DNA of 62,817 nucleotides, filler included, from Rhabdomonas costata (Eukaryota): NCBI GenBank assembly GCA_019059605.1. It is 42 parts of 42 records of this genome, joined end to end, with 100 filler letters (N's around TTAATTAATTAA, not from the genome) between each part and the next. Parts side by side here need not be neighbours in the genome. Positions count along the whole stretch, not along the records: positions 61,420 to 62,817 come from JAHMHO010017117.1; 41 more parts are not named here. One strand, 5' to 3'. Shown piece by piece: positions 61,421 to 62,817 of this stretch (position 1 is its first letter; each line of letters starts with the position of its first letter). The notes under the pieces were generated by a model. It saw only the letters and a program-made list of their open reading frames with translations, ran no database searches and was not told where the DNA came from. The position numbers and the translations under genes were made by a program.

Positions 61421-62817
61421 AGGACAGTGAAGGTGGTCGAAGGTAAGGTGCACTCAGCCCCACCAGAGGAGCAAAAAGGGTTCGAAGTGAACATGGTTTC
61501 AGAGTGTTTCGGTGATGCGGCATGCGACGGTCGACAAAGAAGCCCGGCAGTGGCAGGCACGAGTAGCATAAGGGTGAGGCGGACGTGCTCGGCCCCACCA
61601 GGGGAATCCCGACCGCTGTGCGTGCAGCCAAAACCACAGACAGCAGAGATACTGAGTGGTTGCAAAAGAGAGGCAGCGAAGCCAAGAAGTGTCGCGCAAC
61701 TTACAAATGGAAGCAAGCCCAGTAAAGGTGGAGCCTTGGAACGAGAGTGGAATGACGAGTTCTGGGAAGCAATGAAACATATGCCCGCCGGGGACATCTG
61801 TGAGCAGATACAGAACCCGGTGTGGCCAGACCGGTATCGACGAGCACACTTCACATGTGAGGAAGAGAGGAGAGTCATCAAGATACCGGTGATGCTGAGG
61901 CACCATCCACACAGACTGATGGATATGCAGTTCGCAAGACTTTTGGGGGTGGACGCTTTGGGAGCGGGTACAGAAAATGACCCACCGTGTGTTTTGCCAG
62001 AAGAAGAGCTAAAGCCAGAGTCATACCTCGCCATGTTGTGTCTGTTCAGAAGCCATGCAAAGAGGTTGAAGAGTCGTTTTCCGTGGGAAAGAATAAAGCT
62101 TGAGATGAAGAGGTTGTTGACCATTTTGAGAGTTATTACTCCAGGAACGATGGTCTACTACAGGCACGACAACCCGCAGTACGCCGAGATGGCTGAGAAG
62201 GTTTCGTACCCGACGTGTGCAGTGGAGCACGAGAATGGGGAAACGTGGGAGTTCAGGTGCGAAGATAGAAATCAGGCGCGTGTGCTGTATGGGTTGATAC
62301 CGAAGTTTGGTTCCAAAGAGGTGAAGTAAGGAGGGGTTAAGTTGGTGACAGAACCGTTTTGGTTCAAACCCAGGGCTGTCTTAGTGCACTTGCGGAAGTG
62401 GGAGAAAGAGGCCAGAGGTTTGTCACCAGAGGTGTTGACCATGCCAGAAGCAAGGGAGCCCATAGACTCCCCTCCATACCAGTGGTGGTGGCGGCTTGGG
62501 TACCTGCCGGACATGATAGATGTGAGGACGACTGAGGACGAAACGGAGGTGTTTGAAATGATGGAGGAGGCAGTGAGGTTGTTTGCAGAAAGAGGCTCAT
62601 ACTACGACAGGAGGCAGATGAGAGGGCCGTATGAGGCTGACAAGTGGGTGAGGCAGCTGTTGATACCTTCTTACATTCATGAGGGGCTACTGACCACCGA
62701 AATCGCGTTCAGTATGTACGCAGCCCTGCAGAGTAGAATTATGAGCTTGGTGGAGGAGACAAAGTTCAAAGGAAAGGCGAGGATGTATATGCCGTTGCCC
62801 GAGAACCCACACCACAC
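61421..62817 (+). pseudogene. Intronless contig-long reading frame interrupted by a single TAA (62327-62329); possibly mobile-element or viral
   Basis: The frame is open 61421-62326, and the same frame stays open 62330-62817 (GGVKLVTEPFWFKPRAVLVHLRKWEKE...RMYMPLPENP); purine-rich, no recognisable family. Confidence 0.5.

Noticed and set aside
61420-62124. Long minus-strand ORF in the last contig
   Set aside because: Ser/Phe/Leu-rich shadow of the longer purine-rich plus frame.
8746-62329. Genome-wide TAA reassignment suggested by two in-frame TAA codons and mostly TGA gene ends
   Set aside because: No TAA or TAG occurs inside any conserved host exon I translated (DDB1, SMEK, GOGAT, LCLAT1, RBR); TGA preference fits GC-rich coding.
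1-62817. Co-location of ART, ZNFX1-PARP, LRR and E3 ligases as a defence island or operon
   Set aside because: Contigs are adjacent only because they have the same length; there is no physical linkage.

Overview
This window is not a genomic locus. It is 42 unrelated contigs of 1392-1399 bp joined by a synthetic 100-nt spacer (N44-TTAATTAATTAA-N44, stops in all six frames), so gene neighbourhood across spacers means nothing. Most contigs start with G/T-only bases and end with C/A-only bases, and four carry GGGTGTGTTTGG, the signature of a degenerate-K-primer whole-genome-amplification library. The DNA is from an intron-rich eukaryote with short GC-rich exons, GT-AG and GC-AG introns and donors such as GTGCG/GTATG/GTCCG; I infer a euglenid-like protist. 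Manual splicing recovers fragments of DDB1, PPP4R3/SMEK, LCLAT1, glutamate synthase, a J-domain protein, an RRM-only Cyp33, F-box/WD40, RING and RBR E3 ligases, LicD and O-fucosyltransferase-like enzymes, a hemerythrin domain, three class III cyclase-like genes and a decayed LINE. Best leads: (1) an intronless ZNFX1-type helicase/NF-X1 frame fused to a triad-less PARP domain plus the start of a second PARP domain (52432-53829); (2) an R-S-E ADP-ribosyltransferase with a ~89-aa insert in its catalytic core (25481-26866); (3) a tandem 140-bp unit with an AGA-box guide-RNA-like hairpin (22500-22751); (4) a contig-long intronless frame broken by one TAA (61421-62817); (5) imperfect inverted repeats at contig ends. 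All family calls are by-eye motif recognition; no search was run.
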